A stretch of DNA of 64,000 bases from Mobula hypostoma (Eukaryota). The translations under genes were made by a program, and so were the position numbers. Below are positions 62,459 to 64,000 of this stretch, piece by piece. The number at the start of each line of letters is the position of its first letter. The first letter of the stretch is position 1. The stretch spans positions 10,046,001 through 10,110,000 of the forward strand of contig NC_086109.1 of NCBI RefSeq assembly GCF_963921235.1. The letters are read 5' to 3'. The notes below the pieces were generated by a model. It made no database searches, was not told the origin of the DNA, and was given only the letters and a program-made list of their open reading frames with translations.

Positions 62459-63239
62459 CTTAATTAGATAAATTTTGAAATGCCCAGAATCATAATCATG
62501 TTTATTATCACTGATCTATGTTGTGAAAATTGTTTTGCTGTACAGTTTAATACATAAAAAGTACTATTAAATTACACTAATAAAAATATACTTACATAAA
62601 GAAAAAATACAAAAAAAAAATAAGTAATGCAAAAAAGAGCAAAAATAGTGAGGTAGTGTCCATGGGTTCGTTATTCATTCAGAAATCTGATGGCGGATAC
62701 CCATGATAAAAGTGATTTCTCCCCACAGAAACATTCCATATGGATGTACAGAAACATTGTCTGCATACTTCACAAACAACAGGGCAATCAGTTCAGTGAC
62801 CAAAACAACTGCAGAACCTAAAGTTTCCAGCTGCATTACCAGAAGGCACAAGGTTTCCACGTCGGAAGGAACAGACACAGGATGATGGCAGGAAACAGTA
62901 GGAACAAAGTAAATTCCTAATTTAAATTTGGCCTTCCGCCACTTTATTTTGGCCCTCACTTAGCTGGAGGATGGCATTTGATGTCTATTTCAAAAATTAA
63001 AGATTAGCTTTATTTGTTACATCAGAATCAGAATAATATTTTTGTAAATTGTCCTGTGATTGGTCTAGGGATTCATCATGGGTTGCTAGGCAGCACTGCT
63101 TGAAGAGCCGAAAGGACCTATATCACTGTACCTCAAAAATATTTTTAAAAGTCAATAAATTGATTGTGGTTTGGTGCCTTAACTCTCTCTCCATCTCTGA
63201 TTCCTCAATGAGGACTGGTGCGTTCCCATGTCTCAATCT

Positions 63240-63965
63240 TTCTGAAGACCAAAGAACTGACTTCAGGAAGGGTAAGATGAGGGAACACACACCAGTCCTC
63301 ATAGAGGGATCAGAAGAGGAGAGAGTGAGCAATTTCAAGTTCCTAGCTGTCAATATCTCTGAAGACATAACCTGCACCCAACATCTTGATGCAGCTATAA
63401 AGAAGGCAAGACAGCGGCTATATTTCATTAGGAGTTTGAGGAGATTTGGTTTGTCACCAAAAACAATCACAGATTTCTACAGATGTACTGTGGAGAACAT
63501 TCTGACCGGCTGCATCACTGTCTGGTATGGCGGTGGGACTACTGCTCACGACTGAAGTAAGCCGCAGAGATTGGTAAAATTAGTCAGCTCCATCATGTGT
63601 ACTAGCCTCTGTAACGTCCAGGACATCTTCAATGAGCGATGCCTCAGAAATGTGGTGTCCATCATTAAGGACCCCTTCCATCCAGGATATGCCCTCTTCT
63701 CATTATTACCATCAGAAAGGTACACACGCTCAACGATTCTGGAACGGCTTCTTTCCTTCTGCCATCTGATTTCTGAATGGACATTGAACCCATGAACATT
63801 ACTTCACTACTTTTTAATTTCTATTTTTATTTTGTACTACTTACTTAATTTAACTATTTTATATACTTACTGTAATTGACAGATTTTTTCACTATATTAT
63901 CATGTATTGCATTGTACTGCTGCTGCAAAGTTAACATATTTCACCACATATTAAACCTGATTCTA
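63240..63965 (+). mobile_element. Rex1/L2-like LINE 3' fragment
   Basis: KKARQRLYFIRSLRRFG..VENILTGCITVWYG; same 3' UTR as 5220-5800. Confidence 0.8.
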
Positions 63966-64000
63966 AACAAACAACACAATAACAATGAACAATTCACAAG

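Overview
Eukaryotic (vertebrate) genomic DNA, most of it decayed interspersed repeats. The repeat families suggest a cartilaginous fish, probably a ray (inference): CR1/HER1-like LINEs, Rex1/L2-like LINE 3' ends, RTE, L1/Tx1-like, Penelope-like elements, V-SINE/HE1-like tRNA SINEs, and Tc1 and hAT MITEs. The only host coding sequence I can support is one large exon of a GH56 hyaluronidase (PH-20/SPAM1-like; + strand, ATG 49648, donor after 50598). I did not find its downstream exons. A decayed initiator tRNA-Met copy lies at 52978-53048. Nearly all other listed ORFs are TE fragments or spurious. Most notable structures: (1) many minimal hammerhead-ribozyme motifs in two Penelope-like families, including TSD-flanked and fold-back copies, two of which bracket the hyaluronidase exon; (2) two L1/Tx1-like insertions with twin-priming-type 5' inversions; (3) a hAT-ended palindromic MITE whose arms derive from Tc1 transposase sequence; (4) a solo LTR and multi-level nested insertions. 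Repeat boundaries are approximate unless TSD coordinates are given, and family names come from motif recognition, not database searches.
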